DNA from: a virus | IMG/VR virus record: IMGVR_UViG_3300021375_000014 | Coordinates: 31,950 to 95,949 of that record | Direction: 5' to 3' (one strand) | Length of the DNA: 64,000 nt | Shown: piece after piece, positions 32,581-43,214 of the stretch | Layout: every line of letters begins with the position of its first letter | Position numbering within the stretch: position 1 is the stretch's first letter | Made by a program: the position numbers and the translations under genes | The notes under the pieces: generated by a model | Told to the model about the DNA's origin: nothing | Databases searched by the model: none | Seen by the model: the letters and a program-made list of their open reading frames with translations, nothing else

Positions 32581-34608
32581 TTATGCTCTCCAACCGCCTT
32601 CATCTCTCGCCTGCTTTAGCCAGCCCGGCGCAGATGCATATCCATGTGTTGATCCCCACATGCCTTGATCCGATTTGTATGTTGCAACATCCACATGCAC
32701 ACCAACATCGTTCATATAACCTGGGCCGACACCAACTGCATTTGCCCCAGCAGAATAACATGCTTTTGCAAATTTCTTTATTATTGGTATATCAGCATTT
32801 GATCTAGAACTTAATTTACCTGCGCCACTGTATAACCAAACGTCAGCAGCAAAACCATTATCGTGTCTAGTACTTCCTGTACGTCTTGCTCCCGGTCCAG
32901 CAGGATCCTGTCCTCCCGAGAATATAACTACATCAACTCCGGCAGATGCAGCCGCCTGTTCTAAAATACTAAACAAATCATTTCTGATGATTTTATTTCG
33001 TGTTCTTCCAGCAAAGTCACTAACATATGTTACTAGTCCGTTGCCATTACCAACTTGATCTTGAATTGCTTCATCATTTATTTTTTGTTGTTCCGGATCA
33101 TCAGTACTGTCATTTATAGCAACACTATTCGGATCTTCAGCAGTTGCAGGCACAGTGCCTCCATTCACTGTATTACTTTCGTCTGAACGTGAACTAGTAT
33201 TAGCAGGTTCTGCCTTATTTCGTATCATTGGCTCATGTGATACCATAGTAGATAAGATACTATCTTCTATTTTTGTAGATTCTAAATTCTGAATATCATT
33301 GTGTGAAACTGTATTAATTCCCGGTGATATCGCAGCGGTTGGACCATTTAAATGTAATATACCTCCAGTTGTCACATACATATTACTGCCGACTTTAGTA
33401 TGATTGCTGCCAGCACTATCAAAGAATTGTGAACCTTCACTTTTCAAATGTATCTGATCTCCACTATTTACTTGAAAATCATCACCAGATTTAATGTTTA
33501 TTTTTTCAACAGCCTCTATATTAATATTTCGATCTGCACGTAAGTTGAAATCTTTTTCGGTTCTCATACTCATAGAACCCTGTGCATATATCATTACTTC
33601 GCCACCAGACCCAATTTCTATCCAACCCGAACCTGTACTATTAATCATATATATTAAATCATTTGTTCCATCTAATATAACACTCGCACCCGATCCTGTT
33701 TGAAGACGTATTTGATTTGGATGTACGAAACCATTATCATCAACACTGCCATCATCCATTGTAAGAGCTGTTGAGCCTGGAGTTTTTAAACCAAATACTG
33801 TATTTGGTTTAGGTTCTTTATAACTTGCATTGCGTAATGGTGAAGCAGTTGTTTGTCCTCTTACACCATCCGCATATATACCCTGTCTCGCAGTATTAAT
33901 ATTTCTTGGATGATTTTCTGGTACCTGATCTCTTTTCCGTGGATCATTTCTATTATTAGATGCATTGCGTTGATTTCTACCTGTGATTACCTCGTCTGCT
34001 GGATCTTCACCATCTTCAGTAACTTTAATTAATCCGTCCTTGTCATTCAATTTAGGAGTTAATCCACTGTCTGTAATATCAGTAGCAACTTCGATATTTG
34101 TTGGAGTAACGCTAATTGATGATGTGTTAGCACCTTGTAATTTTGATAATTCAGTATTATTTATTTTTGCGCTAGGTTGATCTTTAAATACACCTTCACC
34201 TTGACCAGAACCATCGATCTTAGGAGGACCACTAGCCCCTCCAGATGCAATGTCTGGTATCTCTTGTGCTACTGCAAACCAATAACCTTCGCTCAACTCG
34301 CCATTATCAGCAAAGAACACTAGTATCGTAATATATTCGGATGGTGGCACTGCGTGTAGTCCATAACTTCCCATGGCATTTGAACCACCAAAAGGAGTAG
34401 CATATTGAAAATACAAAGGATTTTCTGGATTCCCGCCCAATTTAGGAACATATGCAGCCAATCTGCCTCTGCCTTCAGGATCTATACCAGGAACAGTAAT
34501 AGCATGGTATATACCACTTTGTATATTTTTTAAGGCAGGATTAAGATTTGATTGTTTATCTTTTCGTAAAGCGCCGGCTAAACTATTTGAATTCTCATCT
34601 TTTAACAT
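32581..34608 (-). CDS. baseplate hub/spike (gp5/VgrG-like) with C-terminal M15-type peptidase domain
   Basis: DPEGRGRLAAYVP OB-fold, beta-helix region, C-terminal STRHDNGFAAD...VHVD. Confidence 0.75.
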   Translation of the reverse strand: MLKDENSNSLAGALRKDKQSNLNPALKNIQSGIYHAITVPGIDPEGRGRLAAYVPKLGGNPENPLYFQYATPFGGSNAMGSYGLHAVPPSEYITILVFFADNGELSEGYWFAVAQEIPDIASGGASGPPKIDGSGQGEGVFKDQPSAKINNTELSKLQGANTSSISVTPTNIEVATDITDSGLTPKLNDKDGLIKVTEDGEDPADEVITGRNQRNASNNRNDPRKRDQVPENHPRNINTARQGIYADGVRGQTTASPLRNASYKEPKPNTVFGLKTPGSTALTMDDGSVDDNGFVHPNQIRLQTGSGASVILDGTNDLIYMINSTGSGWIEIGSGGEVMIYAQGSMSMRTEKDFNLRADRNINIEAVEKINIKSGDDFQVNSGDQIHLKSEGSQFFDSAGSNHTKVGSNMYVTTGGILHLNGPTAAISPGINTVSHNDIQNLESTKIEDSILSTMVSHEPMIRNKAEPANTSSRSDESNTVNGGTVPATAEDPNSVAINDSTDDPEQQKINDEAIQDQVGNGNGLVTYVSDFAGRTRNKIIRNDLFSILEQAAASAGVDVVIFSGGQDPAGPGARRTGSTRHDNGFAADVWLYSGAGKLSSRSNADIPIIKKFAKACYSAGANAVGVGPGYMNDVGVHVDVATYKSDQGMWGSTHGYASAPGWLKQARDEGGWRA

Positions 34609-34611
34609 ATT

Positions 34612-37600
34612 TTATTCCCCTTGCCCTTCTAATAATACGAAATCATTAATAGCTATATCCAGTTTAATTTCTGTAGAATCTTTTGTAGAAACCACGTCTT
34701 GCGAATTCGACTTCATAGTAAGTACAGTTGTTACAAGTGGAAGTTCACTAGCAATCTGATTTCTAATCATATCTAAGTTTGACGTATTCCATTGTGAGTA
34801 TCTTGGATCATCTGATGCAATCACCTCTCCCTCTTGTAACGGTGTAGTATCTATCCCATATCTTTGCGCAAGTTCAGGATTTTCAAAGTTAGTAAGCACA
34901 TTTGATTCAAATGTGCCTATTGCAGGATTACTATCAACTATGGTAACATTTACTCTTTCACCTTTTCTAAAATCATTCCAATTATTTTCTGCCAATTCGT
35001 ATTGTGCTAAATGCTCATCTGTTATTTCAAACTCATTTTCACTTAAATAATCTATTGGCAGCAAAAATCCATCTGATGGTTTAGTTGGAAGAACTGACAT
35101 ATCTTTCATAATATTTACACTGCCAGTATTATCTACTATCACTCTATCTGCAATAGGAGTAGAGTATGCATTATCCAAATTTGAAATATTCTCTAATACT
35201 GTAGTTTCTAATTGTTCTTTTTCTTCTGCTTCTTCTTCATTCCAACTCCATTCACTGTCGCCACCTGACAATCTATCATTGTATATTCTGATAGATTTAT
35301 CTAACTCATCATTAATTTTAAGTAGTTTAGACTCATTGCGAATGGGATCCAATTGTGCGGCTTCATCAATCGCATCATACGCATCACTCAAATTTTCGTA
35401 ATGACGTTTTTCATCAGCAGATAAATCATTATAACTTCCGCCTGCTTCTGCTATCATTTGTGTCTGGGCATCTTCAATTCTTGCTTGTATAATTGCCTCT
35501 CTGGGTGTTTTTAAAGGAGTTGCTGCTATCGTTGCAATAGTTGGTGCATCATATGGCAATGTTTTAACTACATACGGGCTATCGATAGAATTTAATAATT
35601 CTGCTTGATCTTGTGGTAGACTATCAATATACTTTCTAACCTTAATACCATTTCGTGTAGAAGCAGCATCTTTGTATCCACTAACTACATCATCGGGCAA
35701 ATCTAATGCTTCTAATTGTGTTATATTATAATCCAATATTGGACGTGTCGGATCGGTATAACTTTCTGTAGATAATAATGGAAGTGAACCGTCTAACATC
35801 ATGTTTGCATTTTCTAATTCAATCAGGGTAGGAGGAGTATTATTTATAGAAACAGTATCAACTACTGGAGTCATGAAGTCAGATGGTCTAACTGATATCT
35901 CATCTACACTACTTGTATTTAACCTATTATAATTTTCAATCTCACTCATAGCATCAACAACAGCAGATGGATCAACTCCTATAGGATTAGTGACAGTTTC
36001 ACCATCATACACTTGAGTATTTAACAACGCTATCAATTCTGGAGATACTGTTTCTCCGCTATCTTCTAACTCTTGTAGAATTATACTTGCCTCAGCAGGA
36101 GTACCAAAAGTATCTTGCATTAATGATTTTACATTTTCAACAGATTCAGTTGCACTAGTAGAACCATAATTACTAGCCATTTGTGCTTCATTTAATAACG
36201 AAGTTAACCTTGAAGCCTGTGTAGCAGTCGGCATAGAAGATTCAGATATAGTAGTAGCAAGGGTTGATAAACTGCCTGACATTGTATTAAAAGCATTTTC
36301 TGCCACTATTCTAGGATCCAGTGCTCCGCTCCTACCAGATTCAGGACCAGTAGTATTACTTCCAATTCCAGTTATATCATTTTCACCTGTGCCGAACGGA
36401 TCACCAAATACACTAGGATCACTTCCTCTACCGCCACCTATACGATTGACAATGCCTCCAAACTCCCCATTTGGTCCAAAAGTAGATACAGATGTGCCAC
36501 TAGGGCCACCAGATCCGTCGCCTTCTACCGTACCTCTTCGAACTTCAATTGATTTAAAGTTCGAGGGTATAGGCTGTCTAACACAGTGTAATGTTTGGGT
36601 GAATTGTCCTCGACTAAAGGTACTATTAATTTTTTTAACCATATATAAAAATATATCTAAATTATCAATTTTTATATTATCAAATTCATCTACACCATCT
36701 GCTTTGTTAACAATTAACATCAGGTAATTCGTGCCATTCACATTTCCGTTGTGTCCTCTAATATCATCAATAGTATTATTGTTTCCAAACTTCTCTTCTT
36801 TTGTTTGTTCTGTAACATAATATTCAACCCAGAATGGATCACCTTTAATAGTCATATCAAGTTTTTGCATACTTAGATCAGCATTCAGAGATTCATTAAA
36901 TTTACTTCTTGCCAATGATATATTACTCTGATCAGTTGAACTAAATGATGAAACAACCGTACCATTGCGCATGTTAGATAATATGTCACGCTCAAATGTG
37001 ATACCATTCAGTGAAATTGCGTCCATCATTGATTGATATTCGATATTATCTAATTTATTAGAGTCCATGAGAACATCAGCACCAAGTTCTTCTGCTAGTG
37101 ATATTCCATTTATTGGCGCCAATAATTCAGATCGAACATTTTTATTAAACTCTTGTCTTTCTTTATTGGCTTCATCCAATCTATTAACTTCAACACCAAT
37201 TTGCGCTTTTATTATATTTTCAAGTTCTTCTAATTGTTTTTTATTATTACTAATACTTGATACAGTATCTTCAATTTTACCTTCGAGATTATCAAGTGTG
37301 GCTTTTTTAAGTCCTACTAATCTTTGATAGGCGGATGCAATTTGTTCCCTCTGGACAGTTGCAAATAAATCTGGATTTAGTCTTTGTAATTCAGCCATAC
37401 CAAAGTTACTGTCATCAATATTCTGATATCGATCCATAACTTGTGCAGCATCTTGTGTTCCACCAATTTCGCCATTAATCATTAAATTACGTGTACGTTG
37501 AAATACTTCGTTTTGTTGTTTTAACAAATCCGATCTTTTTTGTTCTAAATCAGTACTTTGTTTCGATAACGTATTATCAAGTTTATTAGCTATACCATTG

Positions 37601-39585
37601 AGTTCATTATATCTGGCAAATTGTTCTGCACTTAGTAACTTACTTAAATCAGTCCCACCTTTTAAAAACCTATGCCAGGAATATTCATCGCCTGGCGCAC
37701 TGTAACTTTTTACAAGTTGCCGGTCTAACGATATTTTTAAATCTAGGATTTGGTCATTAAGACCTGTATATTCGTAGTTATATAATTTTCTACATCTACC
37801 TTTATCAAATATTTCAGATAGTAATTTTCGTGTTTGGGCAGTTTTTGTACCCTGGTCGAAAATATCTTGAATTATTATTTCACGATGCATAGTAACATAA
37901 TATGTAATATCATACGCAGATTTATTTGTAATAATATTATACTTTTTTTGAACAACTCTGGGCACAATACGAATTGCGTATGAAAAGCCTGGATTTTTAG
38001 CTAAAAGTTCATTTTTAACCAACGTTGCTTGAATACAAATATCATAAAGTAGATGAATAATACTAATTCCAGCAGTTGCTTGTCCAATTTGCTGCGCAAT
38101 ATTAAATCCGTTTGCGGCGCGGCGACCAATTTCAGTACTTGCTGAACTTTTATTTGCTAGTTCACTATTCATTTTAGATTGTGCAAATCGTTCTTTGAAA
38201 TCTTTACTAAATTCAATACTATAATTATTTAAATATCCAGTTTGAGATTCTTTATATCCAGTACCTAAGGATGAAGTTTTATTTAATTCCGTGACAAACG
38301 AATTTAATGTTTCATTTAATGTAGGTTTAATATCAAAGGTTAAGTCGTGTTTTGTTGTGTTCACTGTATGTGTAGCAGAAATATAATTTACAGCAGTACC
38401 GGTCAAACTAGTTGTAGTTCCAGTAGCGTTTGTTGTGGTATTGATCTGATTGTAACTAGTAATTAAGAATGGAATAACTTTCACAATCGGTAAAGGTGTT
38501 GAGTTTGTAGGATTGTCGTTGTCATATCCTTTATATGAAATCTTAATAAAATATACTGCAGTACCAATATCTGAATATCCCATAAGATTGGCAAATGTGT
38601 GCAATGTATCATTTAGATCAGTATTGCCGATTTGAATAATATCAAATGAAAGATGTGTATCTATTCCTACCATCTTGGCAACATTTCCATCACCTGTACC
38701 TAAATTCTCCAAAACTAAATTTTCTATGTTAAATTCGGTAGATGTTGCTGTTTGTGCTATAGTTACTTTATCTACATCATTTGCCGGCCATCCGCCTCTT
38801 ATTGTTGTTTCGAAATCTGTTGTATCTCTTGATTCATTAAACTTATTGGCTTCATCTTTTGGAACAATGAATAGTTCTATATGATATGAATAATTTTCAT
38901 AATTATCAAGTTCATTATCCCAAAATATTTCTTGTTCTTCGCCAGCGTTCACCACATCCTTCAATGTAGAGAATTCACCTGCACTAAAGAATCCTTTTTG
39001 GTTTCTTAATTGTTCTATTTCACTTTTTTTAGTATCTGTTTTTATTATGTTAGCACGTTCTTGGTCTACAGGAATGGAATCTGGTCCTAACAAACTACTT
39101 GGTATTGTATCTATTTCGGACGGCTTGCCCAGAGGAGGAGTTGTAATATTGCTAACTGTTACTGGCGCAGCGCCGGCTAGAGATATACCTTTAGTTACAA
39201 TCGCATCATTGAAATAATCAGGCACATCGGCATCACCTTCAAATCTAATAATCGCATTTACTAGTTTTTTACTAATGGCTTGATTGTTCTTTAAATCACC
39301 AAGATCATGATCTGGATCAACACCCATTCGCTGTGAAACAAAATCAATATATGCACCTGTATCATTTTCGCCATACGGCGCCCATCGTGATATTATTTCT
39401 CTTACAGTAGATAAATTATGTTTATCTTGATATGTAATTAAAGTTTTCATCATGGCACGTACTCCCATCTCAGGAGAAGCAAAATTTACAAATTTACCAT
39501 CAGACGGTATCTGCCCATCCCAATTGGTGGCACTTTTTTTTATATTGCCTGGATTATTATTTCTAATACTTAGTACATTAGACAT
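34612..39585 (-). CDS. large baseplate hub/tail protein with N-terminal lysozyme-like domain
   Basis: IRNNNPGNIK..F.SPEMGVRA..IISRWAP..ENDT; later IKGDPFW and GQFTQTL hub motifs. Confidence 0.65.
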   Translation of the reverse strand: MSNVLSIRNNNPGNIKKSATNWDGQIPSDGKFVNFASPEMGVRAMMKTLITYQDKHNLSTVREIISRWAPYGENDTGAYIDFVSQRMGVDPDHDLGDLKNNQAISKKLVNAIIRFEGDADVPDYFNDAIVTKGISLAGAAPVTVSNITTPPLGKPSEIDTIPSSLLGPDSIPVDQERANIIKTDTKKSEIEQLRNQKGFFSAGEFSTLKDVVNAGEEQEIFWDNELDNYENYSYHIELFIVPKDEANKFNESRDTTDFETTIRGGWPANDVDKVTIAQTATSTEFNIENLVLENLGTGDGNVAKMVGIDTHLSFDIIQIGNTDLNDTLHTFANLMGYSDIGTAVYFIKISYKGYDNDNPTNSTPLPIVKVIPFLITSYNQINTTTNATGTTTSLTGTAVNYISATHTVNTTKHDLTFDIKPTLNETLNSFVTELNKTSSLGTGYKESQTGYLNNYSIEFSKDFKERFAQSKMNSELANKSSASTEIGRRAANGFNIAQQIGQATAGISIIHLLYDICIQATLVKNELLAKNPGFSYAIRIVPRVVQKKYNIITNKSAYDITYYVTMHREIIIQDIFDQGTKTAQTRKLLSEIFDKGRCRKLYNYEYTGLNDQILDLKISLDRQLVKSYSAPGDEYSWHRFLKGGTDLSKLLSAEQFARYNELNGIANKLDNTLSKQSTDLEQKRSDLLKQQNEVFQRTRNLMINGEIGGTQDAAQVMDRYQNIDDSNFGMAELQRLNPDLFATVQREQIASAYQRLVGLKKATLDNLEGKIEDTVSSISNNKKQLEELENIIKAQIGVEVNRLDEANKERQEFNKNVRSELLAPINGISLAEELGADVLMDSNKLDNIEYQSMMDAISLNGITFERDILSNMRNGTVVSSFSSTDQSNISLARSKFNESLNADLSMQKLDMTIKGDPFWVEYYVTEQTKEEKFGNNNTIDDIRGHNGNVNGTNYLMLIVNKADGVDEFDNIKIDNLDIFLYMVKKINSTFSRGQFTQTLHCVRQPIPSNFKSIEVRRGTVEGDGSGGPSGTSVSTFGPNGEFGGIVNRIGGGRGSDPSVFGDPFGTGENDITGIGSNTTGPESGRSGALDPRIVAENAFNTMSGSLSTLATTISESSMPTATQASRLTSLLNEAQMASNYGSTSATESVENVKSLMQDTFGTPAEASIILQELEDSGETVSPELIALLNTQVYDGETVTNPIGVDPSAVVDAMSEIENYNRLNTSSVDEISVRPSDFMTPVVDTVSINNTPPTLIELENANMMLDGSLPLLSTESYTDPTRPILDYNITQLEALDLPDDVVSGYKDAASTRNGIKVRKYIDSLPQDQAELLNSIDSPYVVKTLPYDAPTIATIAATPLKTPREAIIQARIEDAQTQMIAEAGGSYNDLSADEKRHYENLSDAYDAIDEAAQLDPIRNESKLLKINDELDKSIRIYNDRLSGGDSEWSWNEEEAEEKEQLETTVLENISNLDNAYSTPIADRVIVDNTGSVNIMKDMSVLPTKPSDGFLLPIDYLSENEFEITDEHLAQYELAENNWNDFRKGERVNVTIVDSNPAIGTFESNVLTNFENPELAQRYGIDTTPLQEGEVIASDDPRYSQWNTSNLDMIRNQIASELPLVTTVLTMKSNSQDVVSTKDSTEIKLDIAINDFVLLEGQGE

Positions 39586-39587
39586 TT

Positions 39588-39878
39588 TTAGCCCATTCTA
39601 TCTATGTTAGTTTTTTTAGGAATACGTATGACTTTACCCGCGATAAAGTCATTAATTGGATCCTGAAGAGTATCTGGATTACGTAGTGCAAATATCCACC
39701 AATATTTAGATGTGCCATATGTCTCAAAACTTAAAAGATCCGGTCTGTTATCCAATCTTTGTGGAATAGTATACTCAATGTCCATAGGATCTTTAATTAT
39801 ATATCTAGGCTTTTGTATGTCTAAAATTTTATTAAATAGTATTGGAGTATTTCTCCATGGTGATCTATTATCATACAT
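39588..39878 (-). CDS. baseplate wedge protein (gp53/LysM-like)
   Basis: RPDLLSFETYGTSKYWWIFALRN..IRIP. Confidence 0.75.
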   Translation of the reverse strand: MYDNRSPWRNTPILFNKILDIQKPRYIIKDPMDIEYTIPQRLDNRPDLLSFETYGTSKYWWIFALRNPDTLQDPINDFIAGKVIRIPKKTNIDRMG

Positions 39879-40590
39879 AGCCTTTACCTCTCAAATTTCC
39901 TTTTAAATATTCATCTAATGTAAAATTCTCTCTTATACTTTTAGGAGAATATGTAGACATCAATGAAAATACAAATGTTCCACTTACTGGCATTCTAATT
40001 GTGCCATTTGATGTATTAGTGGTTGCTGGACTTAGTTTCCCTTCAGCCGTCATAACACCGTCTTCTACTTGTCGCTGCTCCATTCTTTCTAACACATCAG
40101 CCATATCCATCTGCGCAACGCCGCCTAATTTTGAATTTCCAGTATTTTCATTTTCTATTTCGATATAAGATACATCAGCATCCAAGTTGTATGTAAAATC
40201 AGTTAACACAACAGGAACATTTTGAAATATACCGTGTGCATTAAATCTAAGAACCGGTGGTGGTAATCCTCTATTTTTATCCATTTTACCAAATCTCATT
40301 TTCATCGAACCTCTAAAAAAATCTAACGCCTGTAAAATGTAAGACGCTTGGGTTTTATTCTCAATTAGTATAGGAGCAGTAACGGAAAAAGATGCATTAC
40401 TACTAGATTCAAAAAATGCTTGTTGAAAATTGGAATGTGTTGTGGCCGCTTGTGAATAATTTGTATTAATAATATTAGAAATTGTAGGCGTATAAGGAAA
40501 GTAAAACTTAGTTATTCCACTCTCTTTCAAACGACCACTTGGGTCAATGATATTCACCGGTTGCTGTTCACTGTATGGATTATACGCCAT
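39871..40590 (-). CDS. tail tube initiator/baseplate cap-like protein
   Basis: FPYTPTI, GLPPPVLRFNAHG..NVPVV. Confidence 0.6.
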   Translation of the reverse strand: MAYNPYSEQQPVNIIDPSGRLKESGITKFYFPYTPTISNIINTNYSQAATTHSNFQQAFFESSSNASFSVTAPILIENKTQASYILQALDFFRGSMKMRFGKMDKNRGLPPPVLRFNAHGIFQNVPVVLTDFTYNLDADVSYIEIENENTGNSKLGGVAQMDMADVLERMEQRQVEDGVMTAEGKLSPATTNTSNGTIRMPVSGTFVFSLMSTYSPKSIRENFTLDEYLKGNLRGKGYV

Positions 40591-40613
40591 AACTATTTCT
40601 CCTAGATTACATC

Positions 40614-40645
40614 AGTATTTATCACTGTATAAACTACGTATATTT
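40614..40645 (-). promoter_or_regulatory. late promoter with conserved upstream element (copy 2)
   Basis: minus strand AAATATACGTAGTTTATA-CAG-TGATAAATACT. Confidence 0.7.
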
Positions 40646-40662
40646 GAAAAATATAATATAGG

Positions 40663-40691
40663 TTGACAAATATATAAAAAACGTGTATAAT
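40663..40691 (+). promoter_or_regulatory. consensus sigma70 promoter
   Basis: TTGACA-17 nt-TATAAT upstream of the gp55-like gene. Confidence 0.85.
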
Positions 40692-40718
40692 AGTAATAAT
40701 TATTAGGAGATTACAAAA

Positions 40719-41609
40719 ATGGCCAGACGGCAGAACTATTTAAACAATCGAGATATGCTAAAGCAAATTCATATTTCAAAATCTAATTTTTCGTGGTTTG
40801 AAGATCGTGATCTATATAATCAATTCGATGTTATCATTGATAATATTTCAGGTGAATTAGATTTAAAAACAGAAATAAATTCATTAATTGATGTTGCAAG
40901 ACAAACAAAAGCAGATCGTATTCAAAAGACAGCGTGGGATTTGAATACCGATAAAAAGAAAAAACAAATTGATTTTGCTGTAGATAAAAATTCATTTAAT
41001 GAAGAAGAATTAGTATTTCGTGTTATGACATTTGAGCATATACCAGATGCACCAGGTAGAAAACTAAATCCCAAGACAGTAGCGGATCATAAAGTTAAAT
41101 TAAACTTTCCACCATTCAAGCATTATATTCTAAGAAATGGCGAAATTGCTGAGGTGGGCATATCACATTTCAATAAAGATAAAGAATTTGACTTGACATC
41201 TGGCAAGATTACTGCTACGTTAGCAAATATGTATATCAAACTGGTAGAACGCTATTCGCAGCGTGGCAACTGGCGTGGCTATACATATATTGATGAAATG
41301 AGAGGACAAGCCCTGCTACAGTTGACACAGATTGGACTACAGTTTAATGAAGCAAAATCGGATAATCCATTTGCCTATTATACTGCTGCAGTTAATAATT
41401 CATTCACACGTGTTCTTAATATTGAAAAGAAAAATCAAGGTATCCGTGATGATCTATTAGAGAAATCAGGACAGGCACCCAGTTGGACTAGACAACTTGA
41501 ACATGAAATGAAGTCACAGGAACGATGGAAGAAAATTATTAGAACTAATATCACCGACGATCAAATACCAACAGAAACTATTAAAGAGATTTACGCAGAC
41601 GATGAATGA
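40719..41609 (+). CDS. late-transcription sigma factor (T4 gp55-like)
   Basis: NYLNNRDML, NWRGYTYIDEM, FNEAKSDNPFAYYT; adjacent to gp47/46 as in T4. Confidence 0.8.
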   Translation: MARRQNYLNNRDMLKQIHISKSNFSWFEDRDLYNQFDVIIDNISGELDLKTEINSLIDVARQTKADRIQKTAWDLNTDKKKKQIDFAVDKNSFNEEELVFRVMTFEHIPDAPGRKLNPKTVADHKVKLNFPPFKHYILRNGEIAEVGISHFNKDKEFDLTSGKITATLANMYIKLVERYSQRGNWRGYTYIDEMRGQALLQLTQIGLQFNEAKSDNPFAYYTAAVNNSFTRVLNIEKKNQGIRDDLLEKSGQAPSWTRQLEHEMKSQERWKKIIRTNITDDQIPTETIKEIYADDE

Positions 41610-42615
41610 TAATTTATTCAAGAAATTAGCATACTTTACAGATATACATTTTGGAATGCGAAACAATGCACAGCAACACAATAAAGATTGCAGTGATTTT
41701 GTTGACTGGTTTATTATAGAAGCAAAAGAACGTGGATGCGAAACTTGTATATTCGGAGGTGATTGGCATCACAATCGTGCTAGTTTAAATATATCAACTA
41801 TGAAATATTCAATTGAGAGTTTACGCAAACTCAATAATGCATTTGAAAATGTTTATTTCATCAAAGGCAATCATGATTTATTTTATCGTGAAAGTCGTGA
41901 GGTTAGCAGTGTGGAGTTTGCTAAAGAATTTGAAAATATCACAGTAGTTGATAATACAATTATTAAGGGCGATGTGGCTCTAGTGAGTTGGTTGGTAGGC
42001 GACGAATGGAAGCGTGTTCCTAATATTAAATCCAAGTATATGTTTGGACACTTTGAACTACCTACATTCAAATTAAACGCAATGGTCGAAATGCCAGATC
42101 ACGGTGGTCTGAAGCGTGAAATGTTTGCAAATCAAGACTATGTATTTACTGGTCACTTCCATCAGCGACAAGTTAAAGATAACATCATCTATACTGGTAA
42201 TGCATTTCCACATAATTTTTCTGATGCGTGGGACGATGATCGTGGATGGATGTATTTGGAATGGAATGGTGAACCGGAATTTTTTACTTGGAAAGATGCA
42301 CCAAAATATAAAACTATCAAATTATCACAGTTACTTGATAATCCTACAAAATATCTATTGCCCAAATCAACAATTAAGATTTCATTAGATATCGATATTT
42401 CATATGAAGAAGCAAACTTTATCAAAGATACATTTATTGATACATATTCACTACGTGATGTAACTCTTGTTCCTGTTAAAACAAATGAACATGAAGAAGA
42501 TATGGGAGCAGAAATACACTTTGAAACTATTGACCAAATTGTATTGTCCCAGTTAGCATCACTTGATGGCAGTTTTAATAAGAATGTTCTGATAGAGATT
42601 TATAATGACCTATAA
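41602..42615 (+). CDS. recombination endonuclease subunit (gp47/Mre11/SbcD-like)
   Basis: TDIHFG, GGDWHH, GNHD, GHFE, GHFH. Confidence 0.9.
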   Translation: MNDNLFKKLAYFTDIHFGMRNNAQQHNKDCSDFVDWFIIEAKERGCETCIFGGDWHHNRASLNISTMKYSIESLRKLNNAFENVYFIKGNHDLFYRESREVSSVEFAKEFENITVVDNTIIKGDVALVSWLVGDEWKRVPNIKSKYMFGHFELPTFKLNAMVEMPDHGGLKREMFANQDYVFTGHFHQRQVKDNIIYTGNAFPHNFSDAWDDDRGWMYLEWNGEPEFFTWKDAPKYKTIKLSQLLDNPTKYLLPKSTIKISLDIDISYEEANFIKDTFIDTYSLRDVTLVPVKTNEHEEDMGAEIHFETIDQIVLSQLASLDGSFNKNVLIEIYNDL

Positions 42616-43207
42616 AAAAGTATTAATAACAGGTAATAAAGATTATGGACTTTGTAAAGAAATATGTCATATTTTTGATAGTGTGGATAATATTGATTAT
42701 ACTACTGCTTCTAGGTCAAATGACTGGGAATTAACAAATCAGTCAAATCAAAACAATCTCGCTGATTTTTTTATTTCAGAAGGTTATAATGTATTCATAA
42801 ACAGTTCTGCGATGTGGAAATTTCAGCAGACATTGTTAGCAGAAACAATGTACACACGTGTGGTTGAGGCAAATATTCCTGCATATTTTATACATATAGG
42901 AAGTACAGCAGATACCGGTGTCAAGGGAAGAACATGGAAATATCCAACTGAGAAAAAAGCATTGAAAAACTATAATAGAGATTTATCGTATATGGCAATA
43001 GGCGGTTCTAATGTTAAAACAACATTGTTATCTCCTGGCAGTTTAACTACTCCAAATGTTATTAAAAAACATCCAGATAGAAAACTAATTGATACTAGAT
43101 ACATTGCTGAAATTATTTTATGGTTGCTTTCTCAGCCGGAATATGTTAATATAAATGAGATTAGTTTAGATCCAATCCAATCAGGAACATTTGCAAGAGA
43201 GAGGTAG
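42605..43207 (+). CDS. short-chain dehydrogenase/reductase-like protein
   Basis: VLITGNKDYGL Rossmann start, INSS, IGS, YxxxK (YPTEK). Confidence 0.7.
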   Translation: MTYKKVLITGNKDYGLCKEICHIFDSVDNIDYTTASRSNDWELTNQSNQNNLADFFISEGYNVFINSSAMWKFQQTLLAETMYTRVVEANIPAYFIHIGSTADTGVKGRTWKYPTEKKALKNYNRDLSYMAIGGSNVKTTLLSPGSLTTPNVIKKHPDRKLIDTRYIAEIILWLLSQPEYVNINEISLDPIQSGTFARER

Positions 43208-43214
43208 ATTACTT

